From Gammaproteobacteria bacterium (GTDB lineage Bacteria; Pseudomonadota; Gammaproteobacteria; Eutrophobiales; Eutrophobiaceae): a DNA stretch of 64,000 nucleotides. The DNA lies in assembly GCA_046757565.1 (NCBI GenBank), contig JBHHYN010000001.1:11466-75465 (forward strand). The letters are read 5' to 3'. Shown here piece after piece: positions 9,281 through 17,199 of this stretch. The notes below the pieces were generated by a model. It saw nothing but the letters and a program-made list of their open reading frames with translations, ran no database searches and had not been told where the DNA came from. The translations under genes and the position numbers were made by a program. Position 1 is the first letter of the stretch; each line of letters begins with the position of its first letter.

Positions 9281-9704
9281 AAAGTTGCTGCGCCCTGTGT
9301 GTAAATGAATCGATTAGTGTCATTATGATATGACTGAATACTTTATCCAAAGCCAGTTTTAACAGCTTATTCCTGAATTCAAAATCCATTTGTACGGAGA
9401 TGCAACAGGAATGATCGCTGTGCGGATCGAATTGCCAGTGACCATTGAGATACTTGAACGGCCCGCTAAGCAACTGCAGATCGATGCGGCGGCCTGGCTG
9501 CATGCTATTCTCTGTAGTAAAGGATTGTTTTATCCTGCCTACAGAGAGAGACAGCGATGCAGTAAGCCTGTCCTGTCCACGGTTCAGTACCCTCGCTGCT
9601 TCACACCATGATAAAAAGGAGGGATAGGCCTCAATATCATTGACAAGATCATACATCTGTTCCGCACTGAAAGGCACGACAGTTGATTTAGTAACAGAAA
9701 CCAA
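9267..9704 (-). CDS. ratA: SRPBCC/START-fold RatA (YfjG) family protein
   Basis: 145 aa. VPFSAEQMYDLVNDIEAYPSFLSWC... is typical of RatA/COQ10-like proteins. Divergent synteny with smpB. Confidence 0.85.
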   Translation of the reverse strand: MVSVTKSTVVPFSAEQMYDLVNDIEAYPSFLSWCEAARVLNRGQDRLTASLSLSVGRIKQSFTTENSMQPGRRIDLQLLSGPFKYLNGHWQFDPHSDHSCCISVQMDFEFRNKLLKLALDKVFSHIIMTLIDSFTHRAQQLYGRQ

Positions 9705-9715
9705 TGTTATATTGT

Positions 9716-11086
9716 CTAGGTCAGATTCCTGAATACGCCTATCGCCTGCAGGAAGATCAATATAACGCCGGCAGGGGCAATATAACGGGCAATGAACCGC
9801 CAGATGCCGTAAGTCAGCTTATCCAGATTCAACTCCTCGAAAGAGGAATCTTGCGACATTAACCAGGCACCAAATACGGCGATAAGCAGGCCACCGACTG
9901 GCAACATGATATTTGCCGTTATCGATTCGACCATATTAAAAAACGTCAGGTTAAACAGTTTCTTGTCTGACCAGATATTGAGCGACAACAACGAACCCAT
10001 TCCCAGAACCCAGGCCAAAATTGCTGCATAGCAGCTTGCCTTAACCCGGGTCAGGCCGTGATTTTCAACTAACCAGGCAACTGCCGGCTCCAACAGTGAA
10101 ATAGAAGAAGTCCACCCGGCGAACATCAGCAGTACAAAAAAGAAGGCCCCGAAAAAAGAACCGAATGGCATCTGCCCGAAGGCGATCGGCAATGTTTTGA
10201 AGACCAGACCGGAGCCTTCGCCAGGTTCCAGTCCATAGGTAAAAACGATTGGAAATATGGCCAAACCGGCAAGGATTGCCACCAGTGAATCGGCTGCAGC
10301 AATGGCGCAGGCCATGCGTAGTATCGAAGCCTTGCGGGTAAGATAGGAGCCGTAGGTCATGATCGCGCCCATGCCAAGACTTAAACTGAAAAACGCCTGG
10401 CCAAGCGCAGTCAATAATGTTGAGGGCGTAATGCTACTGAAATCCGGTTTGAAGAGATAGGTAACCGCCCGGGCAAATCCTTCCGTTCCCATGGCATAAC
10501 CGACCAGGACAACCAGCAGAATAAACAGGGTCGGCATCAGATAGCGAACAGCCTGTTCCAGGCCGCTTTTCACGCCGCGGGCGACCACGACAGCAGTGAG
10601 TCCCATAAAAATAGTATGCCAAGCCAGTAACCGCTCCGGATCCTGGATCAATTCATTGAAGACCCTGCTGGAATCACTGGCAGCGGCGCCGTGGAACATA
10701 CCGGCGCCTGTCCTGAAGATATAGGCCAACGTCCAACCGGCTACAACACTGTAAAACGACAGGATTAAAAATCCCGCAACGACGCCCATCCACCCGAGAT
10801 ATTGCCAATGAGAAGAATATCCCTCCTCTGCCGCCAGGGTACGCATGGTGTTGATTGGGCTCTGCCGGCCCCGGCGTCCCAGCATAATCTCTGCTACCAT
10901 GATGGGAATACCCACTAGCAGAACGCATAGCAGGTAAACCAGCACGAATGCCCCCCCACCATTCTCACCGGCAATATAGGGAAATCGCCATATATTGCCG
11001 AGCCCTACCGCCGAGCCTGTGGCTGCCAGGATAAAGGCCCAGCGGGAGGACCATTGACCATGCATGGAAGTTCGTTTCTCAGTCAT
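9716..11086 (-). CDS. Sodium-dependent transporter, neurotransmitter:sodium symporter (SNF) family
   Basis: 456 aa. N-terminal WSSRWAFILAATGSAVGLGNIWRFPY motif diagnostic of the NSS family, about 12 hydrophobic segments. Confidence 0.9.
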   Translation of the reverse strand: MTEKRTSMHGQWSSRWAFILAATGSAVGLGNIWRFPYIAGENGGGAFVLVYLLCVLLVGIPIMVAEIMLGRRGRQSPINTMRTLAAEEGYSSHWQYLGWMGVVAGFLILSFYSVVAGWTLAYIFRTGAGMFHGAAASDSSRVFNELIQDPERLLAWHTIFMGLTAVVVARGVKSGLEQAVRYLMPTLFILLVVLVGYAMGTEGFARAVTYLFKPDFSSITPSTLLTALGQAFFSLSLGMGAIMTYGSYLTRKASILRMACAIAAADSLVAILAGLAIFPIVFTYGLEPGEGSGLVFKTLPIAFGQMPFGSFFGAFFFVLLMFAGWTSSISLLEPAVAWLVENHGLTRVKASCYAAILAWVLGMGSLLSLNIWSDKKLFNLTFFNMVESITANIMLPVGGLLIAVFGAWLMSQDSSFEELNLDKLTYGIWRFIARYIAPAGVILIFLQAIGVFRNLT

Positions 11087-11241
11087 ACAATTTTTCCTTG
11101 TTTTTCAGTTAATTCTGCGGGAAATCCGCTCCGGTCTCAACTCCAATCTACAATGTAGAAGTATCACCCGTGCGTTTCACCCATCACGCCTCTTGCAAGT
11201 ATTCTTGCTATAATCCCATCTCCTGCATAAAAGACGATTGA

Positions 11242-11715
11242 ATGTCCCAAAAGAAAGCGACCCGCCCCGGCAATACTATCGCCCTGAACAAAAAAGCCAG
11301 GCATGACTATTTCATTGAAGAACGCTTCGAAGCCGGGCTTGTACTGGAAGGATGGGAAGTCAAGAGTCTACGGGCCGGAAAGATCCAGATCCGGGACAGT
11401 TACGTCCTGCTGAAAGAAGCAGAGGCATTTTTGTTCGGGGCATTGATTACCCCACTGCCGACAGCATCAACCCATATTAAACCCGACCCGCAACGGACTC
11501 GCAAATTACTCCTGCACCGCAGAGAGATAAACAGGCTCACCGGGGTGGTGGAACGCAAGGGTTATGCCCTGATCGCCACCGCCATGTACTGGAAACATGG
11601 CCGGGCCAAGGTAGAAATCGGGCTTGCGAAGGGAAAGCAAACCCATGATAAACGCCAAACGGAAAAGGAGCGAGATTGGCAGAGGCAGAAACAGCGAATC
11701 ATGAAAAGTCACTGA
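11242..11715 (+). CDS. smpB: SsrA-binding protein SmpB
   Basis: 157 aa. [35 protein letters not shown]... canonical SmpB, immediately upstream of the tmRNA gene. Confidence 0.97.
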   Translation: MSQKKATRPGNTIALNKKARHDYFIEERFEAGLVLEGWEVKSLRAGKIQIRDSYVLLKEAEAFLFGALITPLPTASTHIKPDPQRTRKLLLHRREINRLTGVVERKGYALIATAMYWKHGRAKVEIGLAKGKQTHDKRQTEKERDWQRQKQRIMKSH

Positions 11716-11841
11716 TTTTTCATGTCGCAAGTCACGAGAACAGTGCTGAAATACCTATACCAAATCAATTCTGTGAACTATAATTACACTCCCATTATCA
11801 AAACCTTATAACTTGTTACTTTTAACTTGTAACTCTGTTTT

Positions 11842-12201
11842 GGGGGCGTATTGGCTTCGACGTGGTTCACGAAACCTGAAGGGCATGCCGAGGGGCAGAG
11901 TACCTCGTAAATCCAGCTGCAACACTATAGTTGCCAACAACGACAACTTCGCACTCGCTGCTTAATAACCAGTAGAATGCCGTCTGCCCGATGTGTGCTT
12001 GTGCGCTCGGTTCCAGGCGTCGACTCACACAAGATCGCGATAAAGTCTGTCCGCGACGGATTCGTTAAACTCTTGCGGAATCGTTATCTGCCTTCCCTGC
12101 CGTTCGGGTAGCGGGTAATTAAATTTAAAGAACCGGCTAAGCATGTAGAACTGAAGGCAGAGGTCTCGCGGACGCGGGTTCGACTCCCGCCGCCTCCACC
12201 A
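11842..12201 (+). ncRNA. ssrA: tmRNA (SsrA); tag reading frame 11933-11962 encodes ANNDNFALAA followed by TAA
   Basis: 5' GGGGGCG pairs with 3' CGCCTCC-ACCA, including a G3:U pair. TTCGACG and GGTTCGACTCCCGCC T-arm-like elements. Resume codon GCC, then aac aac gac aac ttc gca ctc gct gct taa. Confidence 0.95.
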
Positions 12202-12213
12202 TTAAAAACACAA

Positions 12214-12240
12214 ACCTCCCTTGTGGAGGTTTTTATTTTT
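12214..12240 (+). terminator. Intrinsic terminator of ssrA
   Basis: acctcc-cttgt-ggaggt hairpin followed by ttttattttt. Confidence 0.7.
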
Positions 12241-12366
12241 AACAGTGGGGATTTGAAACCGTGTCCGGTACGGGCAAATCAAGCGGACAAATCAACAAAT
12301 CCAAGGGGTAAGTATCATAATAGGGTCAGTGTCGAATGATCGTACAAATATTGGTTTATATGATTG

Positions 12367-12618
12367 TCATTCTGCAGAGAAATTATAGGGCCGGGCGAAG
12401 ATAGTGGCAGCGATGCCGGCGTCGACTACGCCATATAGTGAAATGATGATGCTGGATATTCCTGTGCCGGGATGATAACCGTGATAGATCGAGTCCACGA
12501 CTTCGAGAAAATTTACAGCGTAGCCGGGAAAAATCAAATTGGCGCTGCTAACGATTAATAATGCCAACCCTCACAAGATAGCCGCTGCCAGTGCAAGTGT
12601 TTTTATTGACAATTGCAT
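12367..12618 (-). pseudogene. Small (83-codon) hydrophobic protein gene interrupted by an in-frame TGA at codon 16
   Basis: ATG at comp(12616-12618) preceded by a GGGAG Shine-Dalgarno. Reads MQLSIKTLALAAAIL-TGA-GLALLIVSSANLIFPGY..., in frame with the 66-aa track ORF (12367-12567, TTG start). Confidence 0.4.
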
Positions 12619-12833
12619 AACTAAACTCCCGTGGATATTAATTGGATAAGGGACATTATCATTAATTAATTACTGTATTTTATTTGTCATCCTCGTCAAT
12701 TATTTCGCCCTTGATGAGGTTTCCCTGTTCTTCCTGCGATCTCTCTTTTTTCCAGTTGGACAGGATGATGGCCAGCAAGCCGAGGATGATCTCGTCTATC
12801 ATCGGTATCATGTCCGGAATGACGATAAAAGGT

Positions 12834-12996
12834 AACAGATTTATTTTTCATGATCGATAAATACTGGATTTCCATTTTGTCCACGTTGTACGATATGATG
12901 GACAGTATTGCTCAATATCTTCCTCGCCTGCCTCGACATCACGCTTCTCCTTAATCATTTTCTTCAAACATTATTATATCAAAAATAATTTTGTCC
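12834..12996 (-). mobile_element. IR-bounded ~163-bp element carrying a 32-codon ORF that matches the N-terminus of a Y1 (RAYT/IS200-like) transposase (copy A)
   Basis: Ends acagatttattttt (12835-12848) and aaaaataattttgt (12981-12994) are inverted repeats (12/14). Inner ORF comp(12841-12939) = MSRQARKILSNTVHHIVQRGQNGNPVFIDHEK with an AAGGAG SD. A diverged second copy lies at 52613-52941. Confidence 0.5.
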
Positions 12997-13021
12997 ATTT
13001 TCTATTCCTTTTCTCCCCAGA

Positions 13022-13270
13022 AGTAATGAGCTTATTAATGATCATGAAACCCATCTGGGTCTGGGTCATACAGAAGAAGAAAGGCGTTATTTGTATAGGG
13101 AGTTATTTCAAGCGGAACTATCCGAACGGGACATTCATACCATTAGTCATTCGTTCCATTATAACTATCCCCTAGGAAATGAGCGATTTAAAGAAAAGAT
13201 TGAAGAGACATTAAAAAGACAAGTAGGATATGCGAAGCACGGTAGACCAAAGCAACCGACAAATGGTTAA
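13022..13270 (+). pseudogene. C-terminal fragment of a Y1 (RAYT/IS200-like, COG1943-type) transposase
   Basis: Manual translation: ...HLGLGHTEEERRYLYRELFQAELSERDIHTISHSFHYNYPLGNERFKEKIEETLKRQVGYAKHGRPKQPTNG*. No start codon or catalytic N-terminal part. Resembles the C-terminal tail of REP-associated tyrosine transposases as I remember them. Confidence 0.6.
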
Positions 13271-13300
13271 AATTAAATCACTCCGGCCCCTTTTTACTCT

Positions 13301-14770
13301 TCAGGTGCCGACAGGGCGCATGCAGTCAATCAGATCCGCCACGTCTACGCTGGCCAGTCCGGAACTGGTATCCGACGTCGAATAGGGAATGATGAGTTCG
13401 TTGTTATGAAGTATTGCACCGCAGGTGTAGACTACGTTGGGTACATAGCCCTCGCGCTCCTGCTCATGCGGGCTAAGCAGGGGTTTCTCCAACCTCGCAA
13501 TAATGCGGCAGGGATCGTCAAGATCCAGTAGCATGGCACCGATGCAATACTGGCGCATCGGGCCGACGCCGTGAGTCAACACCAGCCAGCCTGCACCGGT
13601 TTCCAGGGGTGATCCGCAGTTACCGATCTGGACAAACTCCCACGGTTTGTCCGGCTGCTGGATCACGCAGGAATACTGCCAGAAGTGCAGATGATCGGAA
13701 TACATGATGTGGTTGTTCTCGCCATCCTGACGGGACAGCATCACGTATTTGCCGTTAATCTTGCGTGGAAACAGTGCCATGCCCTTGTTCTGGACGGCAC
13801 GGCCGTTCAGAGTGATGACCTTGAAACGAACAAAGTCACGGGTTTCGATCAGTTGCGGCAGGATCTTGAACCCATTGTAGGCGGTGTAGGTAGCGTAATA
13901 GGTATTATCGCCGTTGTCGTCGTAGAATTGCACGAAACGGGCGTCTTCAATGCCGCCGCTTTCGTTTTCCGTAGTGGGAAAGATTACCCGTTCACTGATG
14001 GCATGGTCCGGCTGAAATTCCAGTTCATAGTTGGAGTTTGCCAGCCATTTAATGATCTCGAATGTTTCGTGTATCTTCACTACCGGGAACTGCGGCTGTG
14101 CGGACAGATCCTCCAGACGGTGCGTCAACTCGTCATAACTGAACTGCTCCGGCAGGCCGTTGAGCACGCAGGCAGTAATGGCGTTGGCGGCTGACATTTC
14201 ATTCAGCTTGAGCCGGAACAGATGCCGGTCATAGGTCGGGTTCAGACGCCGCCGGGGTGTATCGACATAGTGACCGATCGGATCGAAGAGCATGGTGTTG
14301 TGCTGGTCAATGATACCGCTGCAGAAGATAATCGAGGAGATATGACCTTCGCCGACAGCGCGCAGACTCATGATGAAGCGCAGACAATTGGGACTGAGTC
14401 CATCCTGATTCGGATGCAGCACGATGGAAGGATTAAACAGGGCGGCCGAGGCAACTGAATACTCCATTGTAAAATAGGCGCCGATCAAGGCCCGCTGTGT
14501 TGTACTCAACACCACGTCCCGGGGCAGGTAATCGGCGATAGCCTTGAGGTGCCTCTCGAACACATCGCGGATATTGCGGTGGCGCTCTGAAAAATCCAGC
14601 ATCACCTGTTCCAGCACTTCGTTTGCTTCGGTAGAGGATAATTCCAGTACCCGCTGCGTAAGGCGCCGGATGCGGGTTGCATCACCGGGGAGATGCAGGC
14701 GGCAGATTACATGCGATGCATCGGGCTGGATTTTCCATTTCCGGCGTCGTAATTTAGGAGGTTGTGTCAT
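13301..14770 (-). CDS. GH130-family beta-propeller protein (glycoside phosphorylase/hydrolase-like) with a ~170-aa N-terminal extension
   Basis: 489 aa. The C-terminal 300 aa carry GH130-like blocks (GGIEDARFV, YYATYTAYNG, MALFPRKINGKYVML, GAGWLVLTHGVG, REGYVPNVVYTCG). Confidence 0.75.
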   Translation of the reverse strand: MTQPPKLRRRKWKIQPDASHVICRLHLPGDATRIRRLTQRVLELSSTEANEVLEQVMLDFSERHRNIRDVFERHLKAIADYLPRDVVLSTTQRALIGAYFTMEYSVASAALFNPSIVLHPNQDGLSPNCLRFIMSLRAVGEGHISSIIFCSGIIDQHNTMLFDPIGHYVDTPRRRLNPTYDRHLFRLKLNEMSAANAITACVLNGLPEQFSYDELTHRLEDLSAQPQFPVVKIHETFEIIKWLANSNYELEFQPDHAISERVIFPTTENESGGIEDARFVQFYDDNGDNTYYATYTAYNGFKILPQLIETRDFVRFKVITLNGRAVQNKGMALFPRKINGKYVMLSRQDGENNHIMYSDHLHFWQYSCVIQQPDKPWEFVQIGNCGSPLETGAGWLVLTHGVGPMRQYCIGAMLLDLDDPCRIIARLEKPLLSPHEQEREGYVPNVVYTCGAILHNNELIIPYSTSDTSSGLASVDVADLIDCMRPVGT

Positions 14771-14847
14771 CAGAGAAGCAGGCCCCGCTGTATTATATGA
14801 GATGTGGCTATTGAGTATAGGTCATACCCCGCTCCTGGAAAGGGATG

Positions 14848-15783
14848 CTATAACGCCGATCGCGGTTCGTTCAAGCATAATTGCACCAGGGCCTCGATGG
14901 AGACAGTGCCCGCACACATAACACTATCGGCAGCACCCCAGTACAACTTGATCATGCCGTCCGGTTCGGCCACAGCAGCGCAGCTAAACACTACGTTGGG
15001 CACATAACCGCTGATCTCCCAGGGGTCTTCCGGCTGCAGGATCCAGGGATCGGCCACGGCGATCACTTCTGCCGGGTCCTCGAGCCTGTGCAGCGCGACG
15101 CCGAGGCGGTAGACCGCGCCAGCCATGGTGTTGTACACGCCGTGAAAGATGTTCAGCCAGCCATGCCGGGTCTTGATGGGCGGCGCACCGGGACCGATTT
15201 TCATCTCGTCCCAGTGATAGCTCAGCGTCTGCATGATCCGGCGTGAATCACCCCAATACACCAGGTCCGGAGAATAGGAGATCCAGATGGACCAGGGTGT
15301 CAGATCAGAATGCGGCCGGTCCAGACGTACATAACGGCCGCCAATCTTCTCCGGAAAGATCACGACATTGCGCATATCGGCCTGGCTGATCAGCGCCGCG
15401 CGCTCCACCGTATTGAAATCGCTGGTGCGCGCCAGGGCGATGCGCACACCGTGGCGCGAGTAGGCACTGTAGCAAAGCAGGTAGGCGTCTTCGACCGGGC
15501 AGATACGCAGGTCCTCGACCCCGAAGGCTTCGTATTCGGCAAAGACGCCGTCTTCGGCCGGGGTCAGGAACGGTTCGGGATGAACACGGAAATAAAAACC
15601 ATCGTCACTGTCGGCGCGGCCGATAACGGAACGGCCATTATGCCGGTGCGCGCGGAACAACATGATGTAACGGCCATCGTGCTTGACCACGCCGGCGTTA
15701 TGTACCGTAGCCACCGGATAGGGGACGTCATCACGGGTCAGGATCGGATTTTTGGCGTAACGTTGTACAATCGGCTCTGGCAT
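14848..15783 (-). CDS. GH130-family glycoside phosphorylase/hydrolase (PH1107-related glycosidase type)
   Basis: 311 aa. YAKNPILTRDDVPY...VHNAGVVKHDGRYIMLFR..., GVEDLRI, GGRYVRLDRP, WLNIFHGV, ISGYVPNVVFSCA: canonical single-domain GH130 layout. Confidence 0.85.
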   Translation of the reverse strand: MPEPIVQRYAKNPILTRDDVPYPVATVHNAGVVKHDGRYIMLFRAHRHNGRSVIGRADSDDGFYFRVHPEPFLTPAEDGVFAEYEAFGVEDLRICPVEDAYLLCYSAYSRHGVRIALARTSDFNTVERAALISQADMRNVVIFPEKIGGRYVRLDRPHSDLTPWSIWISYSPDLVYWGDSRRIMQTLSYHWDEMKIGPGAPPIKTRHGWLNIFHGVYNTMAGAVYRLGVALHRLEDPAEVIAVADPWILQPEDPWEISGYVPNVVFSCAAVAEPDGMIKLYWGAADSVMCAGTVSIEALVQLCLNEPRSAL

Positions 15784-15840
15784 ACTGGTTCCCGGCGCAA
15801 TCGCATGGAAATCCGATCATGGGTAATACGGCCGGGCGGA

Positions 15841-17196
15841 TCAAGTCCTGCCGTAATCGTCGGCAAAACGCTCGATATCGTCTTCGCCGAAATAATCGCC
15901 GGTCTGGACCTCGATAAACCTGAGGTTGGAGTGTTCATCGGGATTGGCGATACGGTGGCGCGCACCGCGTGGAATATCCACCGACTTACCGGCTTCGAGG
16001 CGCAGGCAGTGTTCGTCCAACGTCACCTCGCCACGGCCTTCCAGGATCAGCCAGTGTTCGGCACGGCGCCGGTGGCGCTGCAGGCTCAAGCGTTTGCCTG
16101 GATAGACGATGATCTCCTTCGTCTTGTAATCCGGTGCATCGGCCAACACCCGGTAATAGCCCCAGGGGCGGTGCGATTCGCGCGCGGTCTTCCCGATAAC
16201 AGTCTGGTAAACCCGCTGGTAATCGTCAGCCATGCGCTCAACAGAAAAATTCTTTTCTACATGAGCCCGGCAGTCGGCGCGGTTTAACTGATCCAGCTGT
16301 GCAATCGCTGCTGTAGCCTGTTCGACATCAGCAACCAGAAAACCATTAACGCCGTCAAGGATCAATTCAGGCATGCTGCCGCGGTTAAAGGCAACGACCG
16401 GTGTACCACAGGCCATGGATTCGATCACCGCCAGGCCGAAGGGTTCGTTAAACTGGATCGGGTGCAACAGCGCCAGGGCTCCTCCCAGCAACCGGTTACG
16501 TTGCCCGGGCCCGACGCTGCCAAGATACTCGATGTGCCCGGGTTCAAGCAGCGGTTCAACGTAGCGCTTAAAATAGGCCTTATCCTGGATGATGCCGGCC
16601 AGGATCAGTTTTTTGCCACAGGCATGGGCAATACGGATGGCCTCGCACGCACCCTTATCATGATGAATGCGGCCGAAAAACAGCAGATATTCACCGGCTT
16701 CGTCCCTGTACTCGAATTGGCCCAAATCGATGCCGTGGTGTACCGTCGCCAGGTAATTCAACTGTGGCGCCCGATCAGCATCGCTGATGGAAACATAGCC
16801 CACCCGGTCGTTGTACTTCTCGTACACCGGCAGGATACCGGCCGAGGAGAAACCGTGCAGGGTTGAGACAAGCGGGGTGCTGGTCATGGCGCTATAGCTC
16901 AACGGCAGGTAGTCAAAATGATTGTGGATCAGGTCATATTCATCGGCCCGTTCGAACAGGGCCGAGATGTGCAGACATTCCCAGACCTTGGGGATCAAGT
17001 CCCGATCTTCCTCGTAGCCACGGGGGCAGACGGCCTGCAAGGTGCCACTGGTGATCGAGTCGGCGGTAGCGAACAGAGTGACATCGACGCCGCGCCTGAG
17101 TAGTTCTTCACTCAGCAGTGATACCACGTTTTCCCAGGGCCCGTAGTGACGGGGCGGTGTGCGCCAGGCATTCGGCGACAACATCGCAATGCGCAT
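15841..17196 (-). CDS. Fusion protein: GT4-family glycosyltransferase (N) + type-II phosphomannose-isomerase cupin domain (C)
   Basis: N-terminal MRIAMLSPNAWRTPPRHYGPWENVV and a GT4 EX7E region (EPFGLAVIESMACGTPVVAFNRGSMPELI). C-terminal RPWGYYRVL...YPGKRLSLQRHRRRAEHWLILEGRGEV...IPRGARHRIANP...IEVQTGDYFGEDDIERFADDYGR matches the ManC/PMI C-terminal cupin. Confidence 0.85.
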   Translation of the reverse strand: MRIAMLSPNAWRTPPRHYGPWENVVSLLSEELLRRGVDVTLFATADSITSGTLQAVCPRGYEEDRDLIPKVWECLHISALFERADEYDLIHNHFDYLPLSYSAMTSTPLVSTLHGFSSAGILPVYEKYNDRVGYVSISDADRAPQLNYLATVHHGIDLGQFEYRDEAGEYLLFFGRIHHDKGACEAIRIAHACGKKLILAGIIQDKAYFKRYVEPLLEPGHIEYLGSVGPGQRNRLLGGALALLHPIQFNEPFGLAVIESMACGTPVVAFNRGSMPELILDGVNGFLVADVEQATAAIAQLDQLNRADCRAHVEKNFSVERMADDYQRVYQTVIGKTARESHRPWGYYRVLADAPDYKTKEIIVYPGKRLSLQRHRRRAEHWLILEGRGEVTLDEHCLRLEAGKSVDIPRGARHRIANPDEHSNLRFIEVQTGDYFGEDDIERFADDYGRT

Positions 17197-17199
17197 GGG

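Noticed and set aside
12571-12573. In-frame TGA in the small membrane ORF read as selenocysteine or programmed readthrough.
   Set aside because: I could not discern a SECIS-like stem-loop immediately downstream. The codon sits in a hydrophobic signal/TM segment where Trp (TGG) is the obvious ancestral residue. The neighbourhood is full of decayed genes. A nonsense mutation is the simpler reading.
15310-16287. Long antisense ORFs inside GC-richer genes (for example 15310-16287, 20030-20761, 20762-21445, 33776-34120, 53148-53819, 61499-62293) as real overlapping genes.
   Set aside because: They lie opposite strongly supported genes and have Arg/Gly/Pro/His-rich, motif-free translations typical of shadow ORFs. 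None has an obvious SD or start context.
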